Below, one piece after another: positions 8,923 through 18,863 of a stretch of 64,000 bases of DNA. The stretch comes from an uncultured Candidatus Saccharibacteria bacterium (GTDB taxonomy: Bacteria; Patescibacteriota; Minisyncoccia; Phycocordibacterales; UBA9973): NCBI GenBank assembly GCA_964625065.1, contig CAZUZL010000001.1, positions 40,132-104,131 on the forward strand. Direction: 5' to 3'. Made by a program: the position numbers and the translations under genes. The notes beneath the pieces are model-generated. The model did not search any database, was not told the DNA's origin, and was given only the letters and a program-made list of their open reading frames with translations. How positions within the stretch are numbered: the stretch's first letter is position 1; the number at the start of each line of letters is the position of its first letter.

Positions 8923-9699
8923 TCACGCAGGTTGCAACTGCGTGATTTTAGATATAAAACTTTCTCTAGTTTGGAGGAAAAAGTTAATATATTCCTGGTT
9001 GTTAGACTCGAACAATTCTTCGTGCCTACCAAAAGAAAACTGCACCCTATAGTGGTCTTCGTCGTTCAAAAATTTTCCAATTATTGAATAACTAGTAGTA
9101 GGAAACTTACTATGGAAAACTAAAACGAATAAATTTCTACACATTACATACTGAGATTTTCTATTCTTCTTCTTAATATCGTCAACAGAAATTATTAAAG
9201 CAAAGTATTCTGTGGCTTTTTCTGCAATATGTTTAAGTAACATTTCTGCAAATGCAGCTGGTTCGATATTAAGACTAGAAAACAAAGATTCTTTTTTAAA
9301 TACTACTTTTTCAGCATTATTCCATTCGTCGACATAAGACATGGTAAATTCCAAAAGGTTTTTGTCTTCACCTAAATGTGCATTAATTTTTTTAAACAGT
9401 GCGCTTTTTTCATAAAAATCTTCACTGTAATTCTCTTCTGTTTCAAAAAATTCTACTAACATTTTTCGGTTAATATTTTTTCTAAAAACATTAAAAAGAA
9501 AGAAAACAATTGCGGCTCGCAATGTTTTAAATTCTGCGGACACACCCCTATTTCCTAAAAGGCATTCGTGTTTTATTTCTTTTGTAAAATGCCAGGTTAT
9601 GCTGGGGTTAGATCTGATCGATTTTAAAATCGTTTCTACAACTATTAGTAAACTAACCATGGATAGGTTTGTATTTTGTATTTCCTTATTCGTGTACAT
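8923..9699 (-). CDS. Hypothetical protein with DnaA C-terminal (domain IV)-like HTH
   Basis: ISVDDIKKKNRKSQYVMCRNL...SYSIIGKFLNDEDHYRV resembles Bac_DnaA_C; no AAA+ domain. Confidence 0.6.
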   Translation of the reverse strand: MYTNKEIQNTNLSMVSLLIVVETILKSIRSNPSITWHFTKEIKHECLLGNRGVSAEFKTLRAAIVFFLFNVFRKNINRKMLVEFFETEENYSEDFYEKSALFKKINAHLGEDKNLLEFTMSYVDEWNNAEKVVFKKESLFSSLNIEPAAFAEMLLKHIAEKATEYFALIISVDDIKKKNRKSQYVMCRNLFVLVFHSKFPTTSYSIIGKFLNDEDHYRVQFSFGRHEELFESNNQEYINFFLQTRESFISKITQLQPA

Positions 9700-9729
9700 T
9701 TTGTTTATTTTTAATAAACAATACATAAA

Positions 9730-11421
9730 TTATATAGTAATGTCAACTATACGTAAGCGCATTTCTACCTTGCCCATATAACGCGATTCTTCTATATATG
9801 CAGACATATCTATATACATACCTGGTACCAGTTTTTGTTCAAAATCATTCGTAGTTTTGAAAAATGCTATGGCCTTTATCTTTGTTGTTTTTCCGTCATT
9901 GTTATGTGAAACAACTATTTCTAAGTGGTTTTTGTCTTTACCAAATTCCTTTGCTGTTTCTATTAATACACGTTTAAATACGAATAAAGGTTTTTCATTT
10001 GCCACACCAAATGGTGCAAAGTTTTGTATTGCACGATAGACTTCGTTTGTAACTATAGGTAATGTAACTTCTAGTGTTTGTGCACTATCTTTGTCAACAT
10101 TAACTTCAATTACAGCACTACTGTGCACACTGTTTAACACATCTGCCAGTGTATGTATTGCGTCATTACTAACTGAAAAACCTCCAGCACCCTCATGCCC
10201 ACCAAAGGCAACAAATGTGCCTGCCGGTGCAGCCGACATTATAGAAACAAGGTGGCACGTACCGTTAGAACGACATGAACCTTTTATAATTCCAAATTCG
10301 TCGCGTCCCCAAACAAAAACAGTTTTGTCATGTTCGTCTACAATTTTCGATGCAACCAAACCCAGCACACCAATGTTCCAGTTTGGGTTACCTATTACAA
10401 TAACAGGCTGTTCTTCTTTTTGTTTTAAAACTTTTTTTACCTCCTTCATGATAGATGCAACTTTTGTTTTTCTTTCTGTGTTTAAACCTTCTAAGTGTGT
10501 TGAAAATTCTACCGCTTCCTTAGCGTTTTTTGTTTTAAGTAATTTAAATGCAGTCATGGGCGTGTCCATGCGTGACGCAGCATTTAGTCGTGGTGCCAAT
10601 GTAAAAGTTACATCATCTTCAACTATGTGTGCCATGTCTACACCGGCTTTTTGTAATAGTAGTTGCAAGCCAGGTCGGCGAGTTTTCTTTAAAACCTGCA
10701 AACCATAGTACGCCAGTGTTCTGTTTTCCTTCAGTAGTGGTACCATGTCTGACAATGTTGCAATGGCCACCATGTCTAGCAACCATTTTTCCCACCCCAC
10801 GGGTACATTATATTCTGCACGGTATTTATCTAGGAAACCACGAACAAAAGTAAATATTACACCAGAACCACACAACATGTCGTCTGGGTAATTGTTACCA
10901 GTTTGTTTTGGGTTTATAACAGCATATGCATCTGGAATAATTTGTGTGTCTTTATTCTTCTTATCTTTAAGTATTTTCTCTAATGGCAAATGGTGGTCGG
11001 TAATGATTAAATCAATACCCTTTTCTTTACAGTACTTAGCTTGGTCGACAGCGGTAATACCAACATCAATTGTTATAATCAATGTCACCCCCTGACTAAC
11101 CAAACTATCTACAGCAGGTATATGTAAACCGTAACCTTCTTTGTGTCTGTCAGGAATATAAACAACATAATTTGTAAAACCAATAATGTCGAACATATCA
11201 GACAGTACAACTGCACCCGGTATACCGTCGCAGTCGTAGTCTGCATATATGGCAATTTTCTCGCCTTTTGCTATAGCGTTATAAACCCGTTCTACAGATT
11301 TATCCATGTCCTTCATATCTGTTGGGTTGCCTATATTTGTATATTGTGGGTGCAAAAAATCGTCAGCATCAATAGCCGACAAACCCCGCATAGTTAACAA
11401 ATGTTCCACCACTTCGTTCAT
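9730..11421 (-). CDS. recJ: Single-stranded-DNA-specific exonuclease RecJ
   Basis: ADYDCDG, TDHH, APRLNAASR, GGHEGAGG, PFGVANEKP motifs. Confidence 0.96.
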   Translation of the reverse strand: MNEVVEHLLTMRGLSAIDADDFLHPQYTNIGNPTDMKDMDKSVERVYNAIAKGEKIAIYADYDCDGIPGAVVLSDMFDIIGFTNYVVYIPDRHKEGYGLHIPAVDSLVSQGVTLIITIDVGITAVDQAKYCKEKGIDLIITDHHLPLEKILKDKKNKDTQIIPDAYAVINPKQTGNNYPDDMLCGSGVIFTFVRGFLDKYRAEYNVPVGWEKWLLDMVAIATLSDMVPLLKENRTLAYYGLQVLKKTRRPGLQLLLQKAGVDMAHIVEDDVTFTLAPRLNAASRMDTPMTAFKLLKTKNAKEAVEFSTHLEGLNTERKTKVASIMKEVKKVLKQKEEQPVIVIGNPNWNIGVLGLVASKIVDEHDKTVFVWGRDEFGIIKGSCRSNGTCHLVSIMSAAPAGTFVAFGGHEGAGGFSVSNDAIHTLADVLNSVHSSAVIEVNVDKDSAQTLEVTLPIVTNEVYRAIQNFAPFGVANEKPLFVFKRVLIETAKEFGKDKNHLEIVVSHNNDGKTTKIKAIAFFKTTNDFEQKLVPGMYIDMSAYIEESRYMGKVEMRLRIVDITI

Positions 11422-11542
11422 GCACATTAGTCTACCATGGGGCATAAGTAATACAAAAATAGACAAATCTGTTGTAAGTGTTATACTAATAAAAAAACAA
11501 ATACTAGTGAGTATTTGTCAAAACAACTAAAATTAAATAAAC

Positions 11543-12133
11543 ATGGATATTATAGATTTTTTCAAAAAGCCTACATTAAAAGAATACAAGGAGGCTTTAC
11601 AAAACATTGCAAAAGTTGATAGTACTTTCACAACATCAGTTGAAGGTTTTACCCACACATCTGCCATCTATGAAGTTATTTTTGAATATTCAAAAATTGT
11701 AAGAATATACACAAATAGCATGGACGACGAGGTTACAGACAGAGATTCGTTCTGTAATTCATTGAATACATTTTTGGAAAACAAAAATAAATTACAAATA
11801 ATTGTTGATAATAACCCGTTTCGTTATGCAAAAACATCTAGAACTATAGATTTAATGACCAGATTTTATTCTAAAAATGAAAATTTAGATATTAGAATTT
11901 CAGATTCTAAATTCAAAAAATCTATTGCGGGGGTTACAAAAAATAACGAAACCTACTATTTTGTTGTTGGTGATGATTCAAAAGTAGCAATAGAAAATAA
12001 TTATACCAAACATGTGGTGCCATTATTTAGCTTCAATAATAAAGAATATGCAAATGCATATAAAAATGTTTTTGATTCACATTTTCTAAAATTACAGAGG
12101 GTATTTATACCACGTAGTCAGAACAAGTATTAA
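11543..12133 (+). CDS. Hypothetical protein, possibly degenerate PLD-like fold
   Basis: 196-aa AT-rich ORF; no HKD motif seen. Confidence 0.6.
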   Translation: MDIIDFFKKPTLKEYKEALQNIAKVDSTFTTSVEGFTHTSAIYEVIFEYSKIVRIYTNSMDDEVTDRDSFCNSLNTFLENKNKLQIIVDNNPFRYAKTSRTIDLMTRFYSKNENLDIRISDSKFKKSIAGVTKNNETYYFVVGDDSKVAIENNYTKHVVPLFSFNNKEYANAYKNVFDSHFLKLQRVFIPRSQNKY

Positions 12134-12151
12134 AGTACTAAAATAATTAAC

Positions 12152-12184
12152 AAAACCGATTCATATATATATGAATCGGTTTTT
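12152..12184. terminator. Intrinsic terminator
   Basis: aaaaccgattcatata/tatatgaatcggttttt palindrome. Confidence 0.8.
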
Positions 12185-12321
12185 AAATACAATAAAAATC
12201 TTATAACCTGCCTAGGCATATTTCGAAAAATATGTAGGAAGGCCTTGTTACACAAAGAATAGCAAATAAATCTAAAATACACAAGAAAATAAAATTATAA
12301 GCATAAATTAGATGATAAAAC

Positions 12322-13032
12322 TTAAAATGTATTAGAACTTAGTACATTTATAATTTCAATGGCCAGAGGTTCTCTTTCGTATTTCAAACTTTTTTGAAGT
12401 TTATCCATTATATCCCTAGAAGGAATTGCTAATTTTGATATTTCAGAAATAAATACAAACTGCTCTTCGGTTATTTCCGGTGGCAGACGTTTTATTAATT
12501 TAAGAATCTTTACGTCTTCTAAGTTATTTGCAGATAATTTTAAAAAATCAAGCTGATCTTTAATTAAAACCAAATTATCTATTAGAGTATCGATGGTATC
12601 TGTAGTTTTCTGTTTTATAGGACCTGCTGGAAAATTACCTAATATCTTAAAATATTCAGGAACAACTTTTTTAAATGAAGTATATTTGTAGTTTTTATTT
12701 CCTTCAATTAGAATTTGTTTTTCAACATTTTCTATAACTTCTTTCATTATAATAATTATTGTATTATTATAATTTAAAAGACGAAATAAATACTTTTTTC
12801 TTAAGCTTTTAAAGTAACGAGGAATTTTCGGAAGAATATAAACCTGGACAACTAAATAGATTGATAAGATCAAAATTAAAGTTATTATTGATTTTTGGTA
12901 ATAATTCACCAAAAACACTATTAGGCCTACTATGAATACAATAAGTGGGTAAAGAATGAATAATGGATAAAACGTAGAATTAGTACCCTCATTAATGGCC
13001 TTTTGAGATAGGTAAGATTTAGATTGTGTCAT
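12322..13032 (-). CDS. Hypothetical membrane protein (two N-terminal TMs)
   Basis: 236-aa ORF with hydrophobic N-terminus. Confidence 0.65.
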   Translation of the reverse strand: MTQSKSYLSQKAINEGTNSTFYPLFILYPLIVFIVGLIVFLVNYYQKSIITLILILSIYLVVQVYILPKIPRYFKSLRKKYLFRLLNYNNTIIIIMKEVIENVEKQILIEGNKNYKYTSFKKVVPEYFKILGNFPAGPIKQKTTDTIDTLIDNLVLIKDQLDFLKLSANNLEDVKILKLIKRLPPEITEEQFVFISEISKLAIPSRDIMDKLQKSLKYEREPLAIEIINVLSSNTF

Positions 13033-13159
13033 ATTATGGATTTTTAAAGAGTGAAAATTAGATTATTTGAATATATAATAACATTAAATATCAATTTAAG
13101 CAAGTTTTTACATTACTACAAAATCTTGCATGTTTTATATGAACATGCTAAATTGTTAG

Positions 13160-13449
13160 TAATAAATTATATTTGCTTATCTGTAAATATAAAACTGAAT
13201 TGGTTATTAATATAGTTTTTGTTCGTTGGAATAAAATAGTAAATGATTCCTATTTTAGAAATAATAGGATCAGGGTAAACTAGAGTTAATAACTCTGGGG
13301 TTGTAGGATGCTTTGATTTGTGTCAAGTATTCCTAAGTAGCACATTCAGGCCAAATTTGTGAATCGACGGGTGAAATCACCAAGTCCCGTAACCCTAAAC
13401 CTTTGAACTTAAACTTTAAAACTTCGCTACGATTTGGCGGAGTTTTTTT
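13160..13449 (+). ncRNA. Candidate structured non-coding RNA
   Basis: TTGCAT-17-TAAATT promoter, several hairpins, poly-T terminator, no long ORF. Confidence 0.4.
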
Positions 13450-13527
13450 ATTTAATTTTTATTCTGATAAAAAATCTAATACTAGTCTCAGTTAACATTA
13501 TTTACTTTGTAAATTATCAATACTGAA

Positions 13528-14217
13528 TTACCTTTTATAATCCACAAATTTCCCAGACCAAGTATATGCTGAAAGTATTCCTATGAATGAACCAGCAATA
13601 AACCAAAATATAAGTTCTTCAACTGGTATACCCATAGTTAAAATTCCTGATAGATATCTAAAATCATAAGTGGCTGAAACCCAGCCAGGAGTAGTTATAA
13701 TAGTTGTCCAATACAATGGAAGAATACATATAGTGGTCAAAATACCTGACCATAGACTTGGAATAATGAGGTCTTTTCTTATAATCCACATAAAAACCGT
13801 TGCCAATGTTGTAACTAATGTAAATGATTGAAATGATGTAAATCCTATATATTTAATAAGTACATGAATAACTGTCAGAACTACTACCGAAAAAAGGATT
13901 CGAAAAAGTGAATATATACTTTTTTGACTACTAATAATCTTTTTCTTGAAAAAGACTTGATAAATAACCATCATAACTCCACCAGCACCAAAACCAGTAA
14001 AAAAGTCTTCTACTCCTATTCTTGTTCCTGTTATGGTTTCTGGGTGCCACCAGTCCACTGTCCACCAAATGTAACCAGTGACTAGTGATAAAATTCCATA
14101 TAATGTAGCTGTATAAATCATAAATTTTCGTAAATCTTTTCGTAGAATATAAAAGATTGTCCAGAAAATCATCCCAACGATTACTAATATAAGGTATCCA
14201 AAATGAATAGGTAACAT
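13528..14217 (-). CDS. Lycopene cyclase domain-containing membrane protein
   Basis: Duplicated RKDL...W..(G)...GI(G/P)VE(D/E) membrane repeats. Confidence 0.75.
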   Translation of the reverse strand: MLPIHFGYLILVIVGMIFWTIFYILRKDLRKFMIYTATLYGILSLVTGYIWWTVDWWHPETITGTRIGVEDFFTGFGAGGVMMVIYQVFFKKKIISSQKSIYSLFRILFSVVVLTVIHVLIKYIGFTSFQSFTLVTTLATVFMWIIRKDLIIPSLWSGILTTICILPLYWTTIITTPGWVSATYDFRYLSGILTMGIPVEELIFWFIAGSFIGILSAYTWSGKFVDYKR

Positions 14218-14252
14218 AATATGATTATAACTTATAGATATATTTTTAGCAC

Positions 14253-14729
14253 TTAAATATGTGATCTTAACTGCCTTACATCTTCTAAATCAACTTCACG
14301 AGCAAGTTTTGTTTTATACGCAATCAAAGATTTGATGTTTTCTACAGGTATTTTTCTACCATATACTTCCTTTATCGTTATGTTATCTAAACTACTATCA
14401 AGATATTCCCATCCTTTTGTTTGTGTATTAAAAATTTTTGCACCCGTTCCTGCAATATCTATGTCCTGACCTTCATAATTTAATGTCATTAAAAGTAAGT
14501 CCCAGTTTTCATCTTTGTATTGATTAGGTCCATACACAATATATGGTCGTATTTCATCAGACTGTGCTATTTGACCAATATCAACATCAGACACTTCTAT
14601 GTCAATGTCCGCAAGTTCTCTATTAACACCATACACCCTAGTAGCAAAGCCACCTGAAACTTTATATTTAATATTATTTTGCTCAAGAATATCTATTATC
14701 CAATTGAAAGCCACTTTAGTATTTTTCAT
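14253..14729 (-). CDS. Nucleotidyltransferase superfamily protein
   Basis: SGGFA...YG..RELADIDI (GG..DxD) signature. Confidence 0.75.
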   Translation of the reverse strand: MKNTKVAFNWIIDILEQNNIKYKVSGGFATRVYGVNRELADIDIEVSDVDIGQIAQSDEIRPYIVYGPNQYKDENWDLLLMTLNYEGQDIDIAGTGAKIFNTQTKGWEYLDSSLDNITIKEVYGRKIPVENIKSLIAYKTKLAREVDLEDVRQLRSHI

Positions 14730-14809
14730 AATATTTTAATACTACCACATTAAAATAAATAAAAATATTCTGGTGTTTAAGCCAGAATATTGCTTTTTTA
14801 AAAAATTGC

Positions 14810-15016
14810 TTAAAATTTTCTTTTCAACATCTCAATAGTGTGTTTTTTCCTCTGAGAAATAACGGCTTTATGAATTCCAAGTTTTATTAGCTCATCTTTT
14901 ATACCTGGTAGTTGAGAAAACTTTTCATGAGTAACAATTGGACCTGCGACAAAAACAAGCACTCCATCTTTCCGAGTTGGTGTTAGTTTTACGGTTTTGA
15001 ATGTTCTAGGCTTCAT
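14810..15016 (-). CDS. Small hypothetical protein
   Basis: 68-aa ORF with own upstream TATTAT box and downstream hairpin. Confidence 0.5.
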   Translation of the reverse strand: MKPRTFKTVKLTPTRKDGVLVFVAGPIVTHEKFSQLPGIKDELIKLGIHKAVISQRKKHTIEMLKRKF

Positions 15017-15186
15017 AATCTAAAATTTTAATTTTTAAAATATATAAATTTATCTACTAATATAATACCATTTTATTTAATTTTAAACAAGATGTGCGTA
15101 TAGGTTCAATAGCTTGGCACCATTTGATAAAATGTTATCAAATAAATGTGATGCACAGCAACAAAAAAATTAAGTTGCAATTTATC

Positions 15187-15744
15187 TTAATTTAACTCTA
15201 TTTCCCCAAAATCCTTTATATATTCCGAATGGTTAGTTAGTTCTACATTACGTAGTATTGCCAAAGCAGATTCACGCATAGCAATACCCTCACTAGATTC
15301 GACACATTCTTCTAAAACATATGTAAAAAAACCGGCGTCAAAACTGTCAAAAGCAGTGGCCATAACACAGTCGTTTGCATCTACACCAACAATATGGACT
15401 TCTTGTATATTATTTTCTTTAAATAAAGTAATTAAATCTTTGTCGCCCTGAAATGCAGACTTAGTTGTTTTTGTAACTAGAATTGTATTTTTATTTTCTA
15501 ACTCTGACTTAATTTCAGGTATTGTTGGTTCGATTTTAAAAGTCCAGTTAGTTTGGATGTCCCACAACGAACCAGTATCTGCGTGGAATACAGCTTCTAC
15601 ATATAAATTATAGTTTCCTTTTTGTATCACCGATTGAACATTTTTTATAATGTAACGAGTTCTTTCGGGTAAAAACCCTGTTTGCATATCAACAATTATT
15701 AATGCTCGAATTTTGTTTGGGTTAGGAATTAGTATGGAATTCAT
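15187..15744 (-). CDS. Cysteine hydrolase (isochorismatase/nicotinamidase family)
   Basis: ALIIVDMQTGF, K.TKSAF, G..ANDCV..TA motifs. Confidence 0.9.
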   Translation of the reverse strand: MNSILIPNPNKIRALIIVDMQTGFLPERTRYIIKNVQSVIQKGNYNLYVEAVFHADTGSLWDIQTNWTFKIEPTIPEIKSELENKNTILVTKTTKSAFQGDKDLITLFKENNIQEVHIVGVDANDCVMATAFDSFDAGFFTYVLEECVESSEGIAMRESALAILRNVELTNHSEYIKDFGEIELN

Positions 15745-15756
15745 ATTTATATTATA

Positions 15757-16521
15757 TCATTTGCTGTGTGTTTTTATATCTATTGCTAAATGGTCAGACA
15801 CCCTATTGGGCAAAACTGTGCATAAAATATCGTTTGTTTTTAATGTACTAATATCAAAATACACATGGTCGGTACGGAACTTAAAACTAATACCAAAACG
15901 TGCAAAAAAACTATTTACCCTGTTAAGTAAAAAAGAAGATTTTTCTGTATATCGACTATCCAAAGTTGGGCCAATATTTTTACTAACACGAATAAAATCT
16001 GGTAAAAGTATTTTTTCTATTTCAGAAACTTCACCCGGAAAACCAGTATTAAAATCCCCCGCAAATACAATGGGTATATTGTTTTTATAATTAGAAAGAC
16101 TTTCTTTAATTATTTCTATTTCCTTTTTTCGTATACTTGTTTTTATGCCGGAATGTAGATGTACAGAACCTACCAATACACCCTGCCCCTGCACGGCAAA
16201 AATACCGCCAACAAAACCCCAACCACGCATTGGCATATTCGGGTCGAAATTTGCAAATGATATAAACAACGTATCTTTTAAAACAAATGCTTTTTTATAT
16301 AAAATACATACACCTGTATTAGTGCTGAGATTTACATCAAATGGACGCACCACAATATACGAATGTTCAAATTGTGTAATAATAGAAACAACTTTTGCAT
16401 CAACTTCCTGTAGTAGAACAAAATCGTATTTATCGCTTACCAACACATCATGTATAAAATCTCCGAAACTTGACTGATACGCCTTTTGTGTATTTAGTGT
16501 TAATATATTTAAGTTTTTCAT
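15757..16521 (-). CDS. Endonuclease/exonuclease/phosphatase family protein
   Basis: LTLN, LQEVD, GDFN, SDH motifs. Confidence 0.9.
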   Translation of the reverse strand: MKNLNILTLNTQKAYQSSFGDFIHDVLVSDKYDFVLLQEVDAKVVSIITQFEHSYIVVRPFDVNLSTNTGVCILYKKAFVLKDTLFISFANFDPNMPMRGWGFVGGIFAVQGQGVLVGSVHLHSGIKTSIRKKEIEIIKESLSNYKNNIPIVFAGDFNTGFPGEVSEIEKILLPDFIRVSKNIGPTLDSRYTEKSSFLLNRVNSFFARFGISFKFRTDHVYFDISTLKTNDILCTVLPNRVSDHLAIDIKTHSK

Positions 16522-16592
16522 AATTATTTTCTAAAACTATTTCAACAATCTTTTACTGAAGATCAAGTTTTTTAAGTTATGTTTCGTGTGTT

Positions 16593-17603
16593 TTATAATA
16601 CTATATTAGGATCAAGAATATTAATTAGTTTTTCTCTATTTTCTGTTAGATAATAAATTTCCTCTAAATTTGTTTTATATGTAATATCATTCCTAAAGTC
16701 TTCTTTTACATAATGCAGATATTCACGCCATATAGAATAGAAAGATTTTGTGTAGTACAACTCTATTGCACTTCTAAATTCAGTAGATGTAAATGAATAA
16801 ATATCAAAATATGACTTTATAAAAATCTTTGCTTTTTCTATATTTTCTAAATTATATCCATGCCAAAAACATGTAAGCGAACAGGAACGAACTAATTCAT
16901 ACATTCTAGGTGTTGGGCCTGCCATGTCTAAGTCAAAAATATTAAGAATTTTTCCGTCTTCGGTAAAAAATACATTGTCAGGATAATAGTCACCAAAACA
17001 AAGGTGTCTGTCATTCATGTTTAAAGATTCAAAAGTAGTTGTACATTCTGATACAAGTTTTTTCTTTAAATTCAATCCGTCTATACTCAAAACATCAAAG
17101 TCATTTTCTGGTTTAATAATTTTTAGTAATTCTTCAATTTCAAAAATTATGTGTTCTTTTTCCTGTAATTTAAAATGCGTATCTTCATCATATTTACCGA
17201 TAATTCCATTTTTTGTTAACAAATGAGCCTTAGCTAATTCACGCCCCATAACTTTAATAATATCTATAGGTATATTTCCAGTTTCATACTGTTTTCCACT
17301 AATAAATGGGTAAAGCACGTAACATGAGTGGTTTATTACTTCATGCAAATTACCATTCTTACTTCTTATTGGGCCGATAACAGGAATTTTATTTTGAATA
17401 AAAAAATCTTCAACTTTTTCTATAGTTTCAATTCTATCTGCACCGCTTATTCTGTGTTTTTTCAAAAAGAAAACACCATTACCAGTTTCTACCTTGTAAT
17501 TATAACTAGAAAAACCCTTTTCAACCTTAGTAAAAACAACGGGTTCAACGAGCCAAAACATTTCTATAATTTTTTCTGATATATTTTGATTCATATTATG
17601 CAA
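16593..17603 (-). CDS. APH/homoserine kinase type II-like phosphotransferase
   Basis: GDYYPDNV catalytic loop and IFDLD metal-binding motif. Confidence 0.85.
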   Translation of the reverse strand: MHNMNQNISEKIIEMFWLVEPVVFTKVEKGFSSYNYKVETGNGVFFLKKHRISGADRIETIEKVEDFFIQNKIPVIGPIRSKNGNLHEVINHSCYVLYPFISGKQYETGNIPIDIIKVMGRELAKAHLLTKNGIIGKYDEDTHFKLQEKEHIIFEIEELLKIIKPENDFDVLSIDGLNLKKKLVSECTTTFESLNMNDRHLCFGDYYPDNVFFTEDGKILNIFDLDMAGPTPRMYELVRSCSLTCFWHGYNLENIEKAKIFIKSYFDIYSFTSTEFRSAIELYYTKSFYSIWREYLHYVKEDFRNDITYKTNLEEIYYLTENREKLINILDPNIVL

Positions 17604-18822
17604 CTATAGCATTTTTCAGATACTTTTTCTCCACGAATAATATACTAAACATTGCCAACGTTATTACTGTTAGAACACTGAACGTTGTTGACGTACCACT
17701 GATATCCAGCATGACACCAATTATAATCGGGGCAACTATTTCACCCAAACACCAACTTACTGAAAGCAGCCCAGACACGCGACCCAAATGTTCTTTGGTA
17801 ACTATTGTCGTCGTAATACCATCGAAAGCAAAGCTGACTAAATTAAGAGCAAGAGACAAACCGAATGCCAATACTACACTTGCAATCACACCTTTAATAA
17901 AGATTAAGCACACCAGACAGAAAACAAGTGCCGACATACCGCACATAACGGCTTTACTACGGTTCCGATCAGCAAGAGCACCAACATAGGCACTACACAC
18001 TGACGGCAAAGCGGTTGCAGCACCTATAAGGATAACCCACGTTATACTTGCCCCGTTCGTATATGCATCAAGCGGTATAACAAAACCGGCAACAACACTA
18101 ACAAAGCCCATAAAAAATGTGGCCAGACTGATCAATCTTACACCCGGGCTCCAACTTTTTATTTCATTCCATAAACTATAAAAAACGCCATCATTAAAAA
18201 CATTTTTTATACCTGCTTTCGCACCAACATAACCAGGATCGCGATTTAGTGTTAGGAACATGAAAAGACAAATAATAGACGTTGGCAATATCACAAGAAA
18301 GAGCGAATGAATGGCAAAATAATTTACCAAGAAAATACTCGCTACGACACACACTATCCAAAAAATACTGGTAACAGCGTCGAAATAGCCAAATATGCGC
18401 CCAATAGATTCAGATGCTGAATGTCGGCGTATATAGGTACTGCGACCAACACTATCGAATGCATAACCCACCCCGTTTAGTAGTCGGGCAATAACGACAA
18501 ATATAACTGCCCCCGTAGCACCTGCCCAGAAATATGCAAAACCGATAAATGGATAAAAGAGAACACCTATAATCAATACCGTTCGGGCAGAAATTTTATC
18601 TATCAACAGCCCCACAAACGGCACTGCTAGAATAAAGGCGATGTCATACACCGAACGCAATAACCCAGTTTCTGCATATGAGTTAGCAAAAGAAAGAAGA
18701 AATATCGGTATCAATGCCTCGACTACGCCCCAGCCCATCCAACGAATAGTGGTGCCCCAGATAACAGTATTTACATCACTGGGAATTGATCGTTTTTGTA
18801 AAAATGGTTTAAAAAAAGACAT
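17596..18822 (-). CDS. MFS transporter
   Basis: About 12 TMs; GLLIDKISAR and GALADR motif-A-like loops. Confidence 0.9.
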   Translation of the reverse strand: MSFFKPFLQKRSIPSDVNTVIWGTTIRWMGWGVVEALIPIFLLSFANSYAETGLLRSVYDIAFILAVPFVGLLIDKISARTVLIIGVLFYPFIGFAYFWAGATGAVIFVVIARLLNGVGYAFDSVGRSTYIRRHSASESIGRIFGYFDAVTSIFWIVCVVASIFLVNYFAIHSLFLVILPTSIICLFMFLTLNRDPGYVGAKAGIKNVFNDGVFYSLWNEIKSWSPGVRLISLATFFMGFVSVVAGFVIPLDAYTNGASITWVILIGAATALPSVCSAYVGALADRNRSKAVMCGMSALVFCLVCLIFIKGVIASVVLAFGLSLALNLVSFAFDGITTTIVTKEHLGRVSGLLSVSWCLGEIVAPIIIGVMLDISGTSTTFSVLTVITLAMFSILFVEKKYLKNAIVA

Positions 18823-18863
18823 AGTATCGTACTTGTGAAATATTTAATAATAACATTTTTTAC

